Shown piece after piece: positions 11,434 through 24,361 of a stretch of DNA of 64,000 nt; position 1 is the first letter of the stretch; every line of letters starts with the position of its first letter. Where the stretch lies: assembly GCF_006345805.1 (NCBI RefSeq), contig NC_043007.1, positions 51,956,001-52,020,000 of the forward strand, written 5' to 3'. The notes beneath the pieces were generated by a model. The model saw only the letters and a program-made list of their open reading frames with translations. It ran no database searches and was not told where the DNA came from. This stretch comes from Octopus sinensis (Eukaryota). A program made the position numbers and the translations under genes.

Positions 11434-12489
11434 TATTTTCTGGGTTGCATAGGAAGCAAATTCACTTGTGTAGTTTGAACTATATAACACATTAGAGAAA
11501 TAAATCTTTCATGGTCCCCAATTAACTATTTTGCTTGCATGGACCCCTAAAAGACACTCAGGGGTCATTTGGACCCCAGTTGAGAACTTCTGGTATAATT
11601 AACGTTTTAACGCGGGGCTTTTTTTTTTGCTTTTTTGTGATCATGGCTTGTAGTGGTGCATATCGTACGTTTACTGCTCACACGTTTACCAAAAATGATA
11701 AATGTGAGATATTTTTGCTGCGTTCTGTATAAGTAACTATTTTCTTTACATTCAAAATTACATTTGTATGTTTCCACATAATGCATGTAACTAAGAATGC
11801 TCATAACACATTTGTGCGCATGACTGCATCTATCACTATATGAGTAAGCCGATAGAGAGATTGCCATGTGTGTATTTCATGGAACCTGTAAATGTATCAG
11901 GCTTTTATTGATAATCATCAATTGATTGCAGTATTAAGAGGGTGTGAGGGAGTTAGCTATATACAGACGGTAAGTGTTGAAAGACACTGATTGGATGTGA
12001 TAAGGCAGAGGATGGAAACCTAGCCTGTATGGACCTACAAAGATGAATTTCATAAACTTTCCGCATTCATCAGTTGATGGGGTTGTCGTGGACGTAGTAA
12101 CAGGAATGTTTGTTGTTGCTGCCATTGTTGTTGTTGTTCTTTACATTTATTCTGTAGGAAAAGTTAAAGAATGTTATCAAGGCAATTTATATAGATGATA
12201 AATATAAATGTATACCACACCCTAAACACAATTTTACTAGTAGTAGTAGTAGTAGTAGTAGTAGTAGAAATATCAGCAGTAGTCTTCCATTATCTCCTTC
12301 TCTCTCTGTGTCTTTCTCTCTCTCTTTCTCTCTCCCCCTTTCTCTCTCTACCTCCTCGCTCCTACCCCCTCAGGGTGTGTGTGTGTGTGTATCGTTTCTT
12401 GTTCTGTAACATTTCTTCTTTTGATGCTATGATGCTATGGGAACGTGGAAGCTATCATTACCATCATCATGAACATTATTATCATTGTG

Positions 12490-12518
12490 GTGGTGGTGGT
12501 GGTTATTATTATTATTAT

Positions 12519-12583
<65 letters not shown>

Positions 12584-12646
12584 CCAACACAATAACAATT
12601 AATAATAATAATAATAATAACAACAACAACAACAACAATAATAATA

Positions 12647-12697
<51 letters not shown>

Positions 12698-12715
12698 TAA
12701 TAATAATAATGATAA
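12490..12715. repeat. Compound trinucleotide microsatellite (GTG)(ATT)(AGT)(AAT/AAC)
   Basis: Read directly. Confidence 0.95.
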
Positions 12716-12905
12716 TAAAAACAACCACAACAATGTTTGAATTAGTGTTACTTAGCTGTCTTCACCAAGATGAAGTGATTTGTATCAAACGAAGTAAACA
12801 GACTTACATTTACATTTTTTCAATCCTGGCAGATAACTGAAATGTATCAACGTGTGTACATGAATATACATACATACATATACGTGTGTGTGTCTGTATA
12901 TATAA

Positions 12906-12995
<90 letters not shown>

Positions 12996-13115
12996 CACAC
13001 ACATACATATATATACACACAGCACATTGCAATCCACGAACATATACATATATGTACAAAATGTATATGTATGTGTATATATATATACATACATGATTAA
13101 CTATATATATATATA

Positions 13116-13496
13116 TTCTTTTACTTGTTTCAGTCATTTGACTGTGGCCATGCTGGAGCACCGCCTTTAGTCGAGCAAATCGACCCCAGGACTTATTCTT
13201 TGTAAGCTTAGTACATAATCTATCGGGTGTTTTGCCGAACCGCTAAGTTACGGGGACGTAAACACACCAGCATCGGTTGTCAAGCGATGTTGGGGGGACA
13301 AACGCAGACACACATACATATATATACTTATATACGACGGGCTTCTTTCAGTTTCTTCTACCAAATCCACTCACAAGGCTTTGGTCGGTCCGAGGCTATA
13401 GTAGAAGACACTTGCCCAAGGTTCCACGCAGTGGGACTGAACCCGGAACCATGTGGTTGGTAAGCAAGCTACTTATCATACAACCACTCCTACGCC
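13116..13496 (-). mobile_element. Complete SINE family A: tRNA head, CORE-like domain, TA/TG linker, central domain, LINE-derived tail
   Basis: Minus strand has B-box-like GGGTTCAGTCCC, CORE signature CCTTGGGCAAGTGTCTT, and tail GGCGGTGCTCCAGCATGGCCACAGTCAAATGACTGAAAC. Confidence 0.85.
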
Positions 13497-13976
13497 TATA
13501 TATATACTAAATGATATAGTCTGTTTATGATAAATACATCTTGAATATTTCATATCCAAGGAATCTATTTACTTATTTTTTCCAATGCAAATGAAATATA
13601 TTATTCCCCAACAATATAAGAGCTACACCCCTTCGCATTTTTCGAGATCCAGAATGCATTACCGGAAATCCTGTGAGAAAAAGAAACAAAATTTCATATG
13701 TGCATATGTATATGGATGTACATATATATTCATCATATGTATGCATGCATGTAAAATGAGAAGTAATGTGTCGGTCTAATGCTTCTAATGATTCATGAAT
13801 GCATATCCCATGTAAACCCCTAAACAGAGTACTTTATTCTACGTTCTTTCACTTTACTATAAAGGAGCATAAATATAAATAAAAAATACTCTCCGTATTC
13901 TGAAATGTACACACACTCATATACACATTCACACACATGCATATACACCTGTGTGTATATATCTTGTAGTTTTTAT

Positions 13977-14150
13977 CTTTTACTTGCTTCAATCATTAGA
14001 CAGCAGCCTTGCTGGGGCATTTCCTTGAAGAATATTTAGTCGAATGAATCGACCCCAGTAATTAGTTTTTCTTAAGCCTGGTACGTATTCTATCTGGTTC
14101 TTTTGCCAGACCGCTAAGTACAGGGACGTAAACACAGACACAAAGACACA
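13977..14150 (-). mobile_element. SINE family A 3' half, diverged
   Basis: Aligns by eye to 13116-13270. Confidence 0.7.
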
Positions 14151-14399
14151 CACATGTACATGTGTGTGTATCTGTATTATGAAATTACTCTTATGTATGT
14201 ATGGGTGAGGCATACATGTATAAATATACTTACTTGTATATGTTTGTATGTGTGTGCGTATATTACGTACTTACCTATATGTGCGTGTGTGTGTGCATCA
14301 GTGTTTGAGTGTACAGAAATGCATGTACGTTTGGGGGAGGGTGCGTGCGTCATTGTGTGTATGTCTTGTCTTCAGTTCTCAGCTTCCGGTGAAGTCATG

Positions 14400-14625
14400 G
14401 GGACACTGGTGTAATATATTATACAACACTATTCTGCATGTGTCGGCTTTAATTGCCAAAGCTCTGGCCTCCGTTGATTTCTCCGCCCATAACTTGGTTA
14501 CGCTCGTCCACCTTTTTCTCTATCTGCCTCTACGGTTTCCCTTCCACGGTTCCATGAAGAGCGTTTTTTGCAATGTCATTAAATCTTGTTACGTGGCCTT
14601 ACCATTTCAGCTTTCTGATGATAGA
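14400..14625 (-). pseudogene. RTE-clade LINE 3' fragment
   Basis: Minus translation LKW*GHVTR..AKNALHGTVEG is the typical RTE C-terminus. Confidence 0.6.
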
Positions 14626-14687
14626 CGGTTTCGGATGATAGACGGTTTCACAAACCAGCTCATTCGGGATGTAGTCAAAGTAGTAAA

Positions 14688-14827
14688 TATTCTTTTCTAT
14701 TTAGGCACAAGGCCCGAAATTTGGGGGGAGGCAGTCGATTAGATCAACCCCAGTATGTAACTGGTACTTAATTTATCGACCCCCCAAAAGGATGAAAGGC
14801 AAAGTTAACCTCGGCGGAATTTGAAAT
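14688..14827 (-). mobile_element. SINE family B 3' part
   Basis: Reverse complement of the 10600-10765 type sequence. Confidence 0.8.
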
Positions 14828-15633
14828 AGTAAATATTAAAAAATCTTACAGTAACATATTATTTCCAATGACTGTATTTCCAAAGTCTTATTTCCAGTAC
14901 CTTTATCTTCTTCTGAATCTCTGATTGTCTGAAATTTCATGTCATATAAATTTCATTTCAAGCCATAAGTAGCTCAAGAATAGAACTTAAAGCGTAGGGA
15001 CTTTATTACCCACATCGAGGAGATAATACATTTAACTGAGAAGGAGATGTCGGGAAGGAAACCAAATAACGTTCTGATGCTCGTTGTTGTCTCCTCTCCA
15101 GTTGAATTGATCATTTACACAATGCTTGATGCCATGATATCATCGGGGTTTGTATATTTGTGCAAGATTTCGCTGAAATACGCAAATTTACTGATTAATA
15201 TATTTAATTCTTTATCATTTCTCCGTAAAGTGAATAGACACGCTTGCAAATACAACTTCGAAATCATACAAAATTACATTATAAAATGTGTATGTCTGAG
15301 TATGTGTGGGTGGATGCATTTCTCTTTTGTGCCTTTGTGTACCATGTATGTGAGTGCCCACGTGTTTTAATGCGCGCTTGACTGTTGTGTGATGGATAGA
15401 CAGATAGAATACATACATACATATATACATGTATACATACATACATGCATACATACATACATGCATACATACATACATACATATATGCATACACACATAC
15501 ATGCATACATGCATGTATACATACATACATACATACATACATACATGCATGCATGCATGCATGCATGCATACATACATACATACATACATACATACATAC
15601 ATACATACATACATACATACATACATACATACA

Positions 15634-16599
15634 TTATGGCTGCCCCCTCGTTATCGAGTATGGCCATTGCACGAAGCTTAACAGTTACAGGTGCTGTGAT
15701 CAAATGTGACTTTTTAGCCCAGCTAAAGATCTACAATGTCTTGTACAAAATTGGCAACTAAAACCTTTACCGGTAATAGCCGGCTGTAGTTGTAACTGGG
15801 CTTCATGTACCTTTACATGTCGTTTAAGTCCTCCTGCCGAATTACACTCTCTTCCACATGCCTGACAGATATGATTAGTATGGTGTGTTACACCACCACC
15901 AGGTTGTCACTCATCTGTCTCGCTTTATGACTACGAAGATGACTCTTGAGTCTAGCTTTACTGAGGCAGGGTCTTGCACAGACATTGCATGTCAGCATCA
16001 AAGGAAGACCTTTCCCATCTGGAAATGTAACAGCGATCCTGACATCCCTCCTTACTTTCTCATGTGCAACACTAGATTTCTCAAAAGTGGCTGTCTCCTC
16101 GTGCACAATCCTTCTCCACCTGCTACGATCAATAGGTATGCCTTCCCATGTGTCAGGAGAGATGCAAGCATCTCGTAAGGAAGCCTTCAGCAAGTCCTTA
16201 TACCTCTTTTTTGGTTTATGTGGAGGTCGTTCTCCTTTAGCTAACTCTCCATAAAAGAGTTGTTTTGGCATCCTTGAATCTTTCATCCTGACCAGATGAC
16301 CACTCCATCTGAGCCTTTGCTTTAACACAAGAGCTTCTATACTTTCACACCGAGATCCTTCCAATATTTCAAGATCACTGATGCGGTCCTTCTACTTAAT
16401 GCCATAGATCCGTCTGAGGCACATCTGATGGAAACGTTCCAGTTGTTTAAGGTGGTATCGATATGAGACCCACCTTTGTTTTTGCAGCAAGGTGCCTGAT
16501 ATTAAATATGCTGCCATAATGGACATAAACACCGTATCTGCAGTTTCTGAATGCAATACAGAACACCATCGCAAAATATATGGAAAATAGGGTCGGTGC
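15634..16599 (-). mobile_element. 5'-truncated RTE-clade LINE with C-terminal C2H2 finger, flanked by (CATA)n on both sides
   Basis: APTLFSIYF (RT motif), LERFHQMCLRRI, QRLRWSGHLVRMKDSRMPKQLFYGEL, CNVCARPCLSKARLKSHLRSH. (CATA)n at 15410-15633 and 16600-16685. Confidence 0.9.
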
Positions 16600-16889
16600 C
16601 ATACATACATACATACATACATACATACATACATACATACATACATACATACAACATACATACATACATACATACATACATACATTCATATATAAACACA
16701 GAGTAAAAAATCAAGAAAAACAGAAAATTTAACACTAAATCGTGGCATGAAAGAACTAGAACCTAAGAGAGTAAGAGCAAAAGATATGACTTAAAGATAT
16801 AGAGAGGGAAAGAGAGAGCGAGAGAGAGCAATGTTTAATTAATTCAAATAGGAAGGAGAGAATGAATTTTAGATATAGCAATAAATGCG

Positions 16890-17256
16890 CGTGCGCGTGT
16901 GTATGCATGTGTGTGTAGATATGTGTGTATGTGTGTATGTATATATATGTGTGTGTGCGTGTATATGTGTATATATATATATATATATTTGCGCCTGTGT
17001 GTGTATATATATATATATATATGTGTGTGTGTATATATGTATATACATATATATATATATGTATATTTATGTCTGTGCATATATATATGTATATATGTGT
17101 GTATATGTATATATATGTGTGTGTATATATATATATACGTATATATGTGTGTGTATGTATGTATATATGTGAGTGTGTATGTATATATATATGTGTGTGT
17201 ATATGTATATATATTTATATGTATGTATGTATATATACATATATGTGTGTGTATGT

Positions 17257-17288
<32 letters not shown>

Positions 17289-18511
17289 GTGTGTGTATGT
17301 ATTTATATTATATATATATATGTGTGAGTATAAGTATGTATACATATATATGCATGTGTGTATATCAGTATGTGTACACATGTATGTATGTATGTATGTA
17401 TGTATGTATGTATGTATGTATGTATGTATGTATGATGTGTGTATGTATGCATGTATGTATGTACTACGTATGTATGTCTGTGAGTATGTATGCATGTATG
17501 TATGCATGTATGTATGTATGTATGCATGCATGTATGTATGTATGTATGTATGTATGTATATGTATATATATATGTGTGTGTGTGTGTGTGTATGTATTTA
17601 TATTATATATATATGTGTGAGTATAAGTATGTATACATATATATGCATGTGTGTATATCAGTATGTGTACACATGTATGTATGTATGTATGTATGTATGT
17701 ATGTATGTATGTATGTATGTATGTATGTATGCATGTATGTATGTACTACGTATGTATGTCTGTGAGTATGTATGCATGTATGTATGCATGTATGTATGTA
17801 TGTATGTATGTATGTATGCATGTATGCATGTATGTATGTATGTATGTATATGTATATATATATGTGTGTGTGTGTATGTATTTATATTATATATATATAT
17901 ATGTGTGAGTATAAGTATGTATACATATATATGCATGTGTGTATATCAGTATGTGTACACATGTATGTATGTATGTATGTATGTATGTGTGTATGTATGC
18001 ATGTATGTATGTACTACGTATGTATGTCTGTGAGTATGTGTGCATGTATGTATGCATGTATGTATGTATGCATGTATGCATGTATGTATGTATGTATGTA
18101 TATGTATATATATATATGTGTGTGTGTGTATGTATTTATATTATATATATATATGTGTGAGTATAAGTATGTATACATATATATGCATGTGTGTATCTCA
18201 GCATGTGTACATATGTATGTATGTATGTATGCATGTATGTATGTATGTATGTATGTATGTATGTATGTATGTATGTGTGTATGTATGCATGTATGTATGT
18301 ACTACGTATGTATGTCTGTGAGTATGTATGCATGTATGTATGCATGTATGTATGTATGTATGCATGCATGTATGCATGTATGTATGTATGTATGTATGTA
18401 TGTATGCATGTATGTATGTATGTATGTATGTATGTACGTACGTATGTATGTCTGTGTGTATGTATGTATGTATGTATGTATGTATGTATGTATGTATGTA
18501 TGTATGTATGT
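16890..18511. repeat. (TA/TG/TATG)n field containing a four-copy higher-order repeat of ~250-290 bp
   Basis: Marker GTGTGAGTATAAGTATG at 17322, 17615, 17903 and 18155. Confidence 0.9.
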
Positions 18512-18826
18512 AGGACAACAGTAATAGAACGAACAAGAAATCAGCCAATAATTGAATGGATGAAAATTCAAAAGTCGTCGACAGCTAGTGCATTATGGGA
18601 ATTGAACAATGTCTCATATGTACGAAGGTTGGCTTTGTGGTGGAGAAAGAGCCTCAAGCTAACCACAGATAATGACTTGACACTTCCTTTGCATTCGATC
18701 TGCTCAACTGAGAATACCGACTTCCGGCCAACCTTTCTACGGAAACTAAACGTCGCTGTACAGCCGGGCTTTTTTCCGTTTATGTGTGTGTGTGTGTGCG
18801 TGTGTTTGTGTGTGTGAGTGTGTGTG

Positions 18827-18892
<66 letters not shown>

Positions 18893-19103
18893 TGTGTGTG
18901 CGTATGTGCCCGCGCGTAACAGAAAAAGAGTGAGACAGAGAGAGAAAAAGGCAAGCAGGATAGCCGGTGTGTGAAAGAAAAAGCAAAAGGAGATTATGTA
19001 TGTGTGAGAGAGTGAGAGAGTTTGTATGAGTGAGGGAGCATATTTCTATATTTCACAGTGTGTGTGTGTGAGTGTGTGTGTATGTGTGTGTGAGTGTGTG
19101 TGT

Positions 19104-19144
<41 letters not shown>

Positions 19145-19468
19145 TGTGTGTGTGTGGAATGCATTTGTTTAAGAGATTTTGCCCATGTATGTGATTTGAA
19201 AAGTGTGTGTACATGTGCGCCTACATATGTGTGTGCCTGTACGGGTCTGTACCTACCTTTGTGTGACTCAATGTGTGAGTATATTGGTAGGGATATATTT
19301 GTGCATGCTGTATGTATGTATGTATGTATGTATGTATGTATGTATGGTTGTTTATGTGGCTATATTGTGGATGTCCGTATGTATCCGTTATATATGAATG
19401 CGACCAGAGAAAGAAAAGTAATGCGAGAGGAGGAGAGATTGTTTGAGGAGATATAGAAAACTGGGAGA

Positions 19469-19537
<69 letters not shown>

Positions 19538-19635
19538 GATAGATAGATAGATAAATAGATATACATACACACATACATATATACATACATACATATATAT
19601 ATAGATATATATATATATATATTTTAACATTACTA

Positions 19636-19672
<37 letters not shown>

Positions 19673-20029
19673 CACATATATTTATATATATATATATTCC
19701 TATATGTATTTGTATACGTATATGCATATACATACATATATAATATATATATATATAAGATATATATACATAAGTATATATAGATATATATTTATATTAT
19801 AAACATACGCATATGTGTACGTAAATGATTGTCTGTATACGTATACAGACGCATGTACACAGAAGCATACAAACGTACAGAAGCACACAAACGTACACGC
19901 ATACATACACATATTAGTTTCTAGTTCTTCAGAAAGGGACAATGGCAGCCTAAAGCTGTCTACAAGTCGAGAGAATGGTTGTTGAGGCTGTGTTAAGTGT
20001 GAGGGAGACACTTTAAGAGGCATGGATAC

Positions 20030-20107
<78 letters not shown>

Positions 20108-20520
20108 GTTTAGGTGGATGGATGGATAGATAGATAGATAGAGAGAGAGAGAGGGGGGGAAGCTGGCACCGGAAATGGGTGTAACACTTATTAAACCGGA
20201 AATGAGAGATGGCAGATATCGAGAAGTGATTGTGGGATAGTCAATCATTTTGTTGTTATTGTTATTGTTGTTGTTGTTGATAATTTTGCTTCTCTCTGTC
20301 TTTTTGTTTTCCCTACCTCCTACCCACTCACTCTTAATCTCTCTTCATTACTGACTCCTTCTCTTTCTCTTCCTGTATTCTCTCTTTTTAAATCATCTTT
20401 CTCTCGATATCTGTATGTGTGTGTATATATTAATGCGTATATGTTTATGAACACGTATGTAAGTATGCATTTATGTGTATATAAGTATACATAAAACTTG
20501 CTATTTATCTATCTACCTTT

Positions 20521-20551
<31 letters not shown>

Positions 20552-20552
20552 C

Positions 20553-20584
<32 letters not shown>

Positions 20585-20778
20585 TCTATTTGAGCACCGA
20601 TCTATCGTACATCTATCTATATAAGTTTCTACCTATATCTCCTAATTTACCCACTATGTATCTAATTATCTACCAACTTATTTAGCTGCTTTTATGTGGG
20701 TATACATAAATATTTATATATATATATGCATACTGTATATATATATATGAATGCATATGTATATATAATATATATATA

Positions 20779-20811
<33 letters not shown>

Positions 20812-20822
20812 ATATATTAATA

Positions 20823-20874
<52 letters not shown>

Positions 20875-20879
20875 GTGAA

Positions 20880-23100
20880 ATAGAAAGATGAATAATCTTG
20901 TAGTAGATTAATCAAAAGTTTAACCGATACCTTAGTAGCAAAAATCACAGCAGTAAACAGCACGGTTGGAGGTACAACCATCTGGCGTTGCAACCGTGCG
21001 TTGGTGCGGATAATTGAAATTAAAACATTATTGGTGAATGAAGAAATGGAGCTGAACGCAGATTGAACAGAAATCGTTTTATTTCATTCTACACGTGTTT
21101 CGAAAGGCACAAATTACCAAAATCCGATTGAATAATGGGACCATATTGTGTCTTTCTCTTCAGGAAGAAAAAGGAAATCCGTTGGAAAAAAAAACAGAAC
21201 AGAGGCGGAGCAAAAAACAAATCGAACTGTGCTCCTAAGAGCCCATGGCGAAACTGTTTATCAGTGTATGTTGAGAACCGGTGGCTGAAGAATTCAACGG
21301 GTCAGGCATCGGTCAATCATGTGGGTGAGGGTGTATATGTTCTTTGTGACCGAGAATAAAGTTCTGACTATTTAGGAATATTGGATGTTTTATAAGGGGC
21401 GAGAAAAAATCTACTTAGAGACGTGTGTGTGTGTATACTGTTCTATATATGTGTGTGTTGGCGTAGGGGTAGAAAACATTTTTTGTGTACGTGTGTGCGT
21501 TTGATCGTTCGGCTGTCAGTGGCTACTGCCGTGATAACCGTTGGGTGGCAGAAAGAAAAAAATTAAAAAAATATATATATATTATGTTTTATGTGTGTGT
21601 GTTCATCTAAGCCTGCCTTGTCAAGGAAACCCCCCCTGTGAGAAAACCAAGCCCCGTTTGTCTTACAGGAGTAATTCCCCTTGCAGTGGTTAATCGTAGA
21701 TATCTTAAAGGCTATTTCAGAATTTGTTACCAAGGGCTATGGGTGCCGGTATTATTTATAAACGCTATTTAAAGGCCAGATAAGTGTAACGCCGCCAATG
21801 GGGGCATCGAAAAGCCGACTGTAAGAGCCCGTTTACCATCCGGCCTCTGGCAAACAAAATATGGAAGAGTTCGGAGACACAAAGGTTGCACTGTCTTCTG
21901 CCCCTATCAAATGGGAGGGCCACCGACAAAATTGACCATTCCAGCCTATAGCTTAAGTTCGCATCCTTCAGTCGCCATATTAGCTTACTGAGTCCCGTGG
22001 TCTGGCGCTTGTTCACGTCCCGAAAAGTTGCGTAATGGTTGGAGACACGCAAAGACAATCTTGAGGATGATGCCCCTACATAAGTGAAGGCATCTGAGTC
22101 CGTGTAACCTTGCATTGGTAGACGGCGTTTTTGATCTTGGAGTTCGCCGACGTGAATCTTAATCTGCTAGGATTAGTTTCTGAAATTAGAACTGCGTTCC
22201 TGTCACTATATTCGTTCCGAGACCTGCAGCCGCTTACTACTCTATTTTCCACTACGTCACTATTAACTATAGGAATAACCCCTGATTCTCCACTATCTAT
22301 CAGAGTGCTGCCATTGCTACTCCCGTGGTACTGCTATTGCGGGAAATGATGCTGGGTAACTAATGGGGCTCTCTAACCCTACTCCCATTATTACCGTCAA
22401 CCACAACACCCCTATTTATAACTATACCCCTAGTGGGTACTCCCTGGCTGGAGCTGAGATTATGTGTCACTGTACTGGCTCTCATATCATTATTACTACT
22501 ATAATTATTCCTACTGAGCATTAAACCGGGAGCGGAAGAGGCTGTGCCTCCGGAAAAAGGATAGGGTCCTAGTAAGTAGCCTATTATTATGGGAGGCGAT
22601 TATCTGGGCGAGGTTTTTAGTGTTGGAGAAAGCTATCCTAACTTTATGTGAGTTAACCGTGGAGTAATATTTGGAATTTCTGGGGAAGTTATTGGCGATG
22701 GCTTGTCTAAACGTGAGGGGGAGGTTAGTTCTAATCTGCTTACCAAAGGGGATTACAAACCATATATGCTTATTCCTATCAGTGTGATGGGTCGGGACGC
22801 CAGCTCTCGCATTCGGGTGGGTGATTCTCGGATGAATAACGGGTCTTGGGTTAGTGTAAGACCTCCCGGACCGATAATTATCCTTGTTCGCTAAATTAAA
22901 TGCGGGAGCGACTACCCCGGCATCCGCCGCGCTCCCGTCCTTACTTAAAATGTTAATGTTATTATATACGGCCCTATCCTGATGACCGAATGATGGCATC
23001 GGAAGGGCCGGATCAATATAAATTACCTTCTGCCTATAACCGGCCTTGGATAGTGCGGCGTTATAAAATTCCGCTTTCTGCATAAAAATATCGGCACCAA
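20880..23100 (-). mobile_element. 5'-truncated Penelope-like element, Hydra-type (RT thumb/linker, GIY-YIG endonuclease, 3' region with hammerhead)
   Basis: AALSKAGY..IWFVIPFGKQIRTN..FSNTKNLAQIIASHNNRLL (22511-23083). AVYQCKV / TYVGAS..RVSNHYATF..TTGLSKLIWRLK..CNLC..E..CPH (21765-22130). Confidence 0.82.
21087..21166 (-). ncRNA. Type I hammerhead ribozyme motif, GUA triplet
   Basis: TTC-CTGAAGA-GAAAGACACAA...TTGTGCCTTTC-GAAA-CACGTG-TA-GAA. Same strand as, and downstream of, the Penelope endonuclease. Confidence 0.85.
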
Positions 23101-23109
23101 TTCACCAAT

Positions 23110-23173
<64 letters not shown>

Positions 23174-23672
23174 CATACCTATATATTTATTTACCTATCT
23201 CTGTTTTTATCTACCTCATAGAAGTAGGAAGAAAAGGACAAAGGGCAATGTGATTTTAAAATTACGTTGCAAAGTTGTAAGCTTCACGACTTCAAATGTA
23301 TATGAGTCACATGTGTTCGACGTATGACGATTTTTCGCCAAGTCACCATTTACTTACAGCGAACATCTACACAGAACAAAACTAAATTGGCTGAGAAAGC
23401 TTGATTGTTATAGTCACAACATTTCAGCCCTACTACCCTTCCGCCATCTTCAAGGGTTCGTCGGATTTAGTAAATTTCTTCGAATTTCAAACTAAACCTT
23501 TATTTATCCCACTGATCTATATTGTTCTCGTTTTGTTGTCCATACCATGGATATTCTCGTATTCAACAATTTTTCTAGTTTTGATCCCATTTAGTCATTC
23601 TTCTTGAAGATGAGGATGTATATATATATATATATATATACTTTATTTAAAAGCAGCAGAAATTTAACAAAA

Positions 23673-23727
23673 GCTGTTACTCAGAGTTTCACGTTCCCGT
23701 TCGCCGGACTGTCCGACGAACGGGAAC
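23673..23727 (-). ncRNA. Degenerate hammerhead motif fused to a 17-bp foldback
   Basis: Minus strand GT-CCGGCGA-AC GGGAAC GT-GAAA-CTC T GAG-TA-ACAGC. Arms 23693-23709 and 23711-23727 are inverted with one mismatch. Confidence 0.5.
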
Positions 23728-23734
23728 AGCAATG

Positions 23735-24275
23735 GAGGACATGTAAAGACCCCTTACTTCTTCCCACAAGGTCCTAGAGTTAACTCTGCCGCCTACATTG
23801 AGGTCCCGGAAATAATTGTTAAGCCCTGGATAGACAGGGTATACAATGGAAAGCCATATATCTTTCAGTAAGACTCTGCACTATCACACAGGAATGGATG
23901 GCTAGAAGTTTTCATGATCACATAACCCCTAATATTTGGCCTCCTAATTCCCTAGATGTCAATCCATTGGACTATTACATGTGGAACGTTTTTGCGAGAG
24001 AGGTTAATGAACACGCTTATAACACCAAAGATTCTTTGAAAGCTGCCATAGTCACAGTAATGTCCAAAATGAGCCAGGACTACTTGATTCGAGCATGTAG
24101 ATGATTTAGATCTCATCTAGAAGCCATTGTTGAAGCTGGAGGTGGTTTTATTGAATAACATTGTTGAAAAGAGGTTTATTTTTATCCCCATAGCACCTTT
24201 GATAAAGTTATTATCAGTTATAATATATCTGGGGTTTTTTTATAAACATAAATCTGTCCTCAAATATATTACGCA

Positions 24276-24280
<5 letters not shown>
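23735..24280 (+). mobile_element. Tc1/mariner-superfamily (maT-like) transposon, 3' relic
   Basis: YIFQ*DSA and IWPPNSLDVNPLDYYMW motifs; ends at a (TA)n tract. Confidence 0.8.

Positions 24281-24358
<78 letters not shown>

Positions 24359-24361
<3 letters not shown>

Noticed and set aside
11535-11595. hAT-like terminal sequence (TTGAGAACTTCTG)
   Set aside because: Only one end; no partner TIR or TSD found.
10000-13496. tRNA-like A/B boxes considered as tRNA genes
   Set aside because: No cloverleaf or acceptor stem; each continues into a SINE body.
17300-18511. Repeat-spacer periodicity considered as a CRISPR array
   Set aside because: Units are degenerate microsatellite with no unique spacers; eukaryotic context and no cas genes.
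5086-19675. Dozens of ORFs rich in YI, CV, HT and MYVC
   Set aside because: Translations of TA, TG, CA and TATG microsatellites; not genes.
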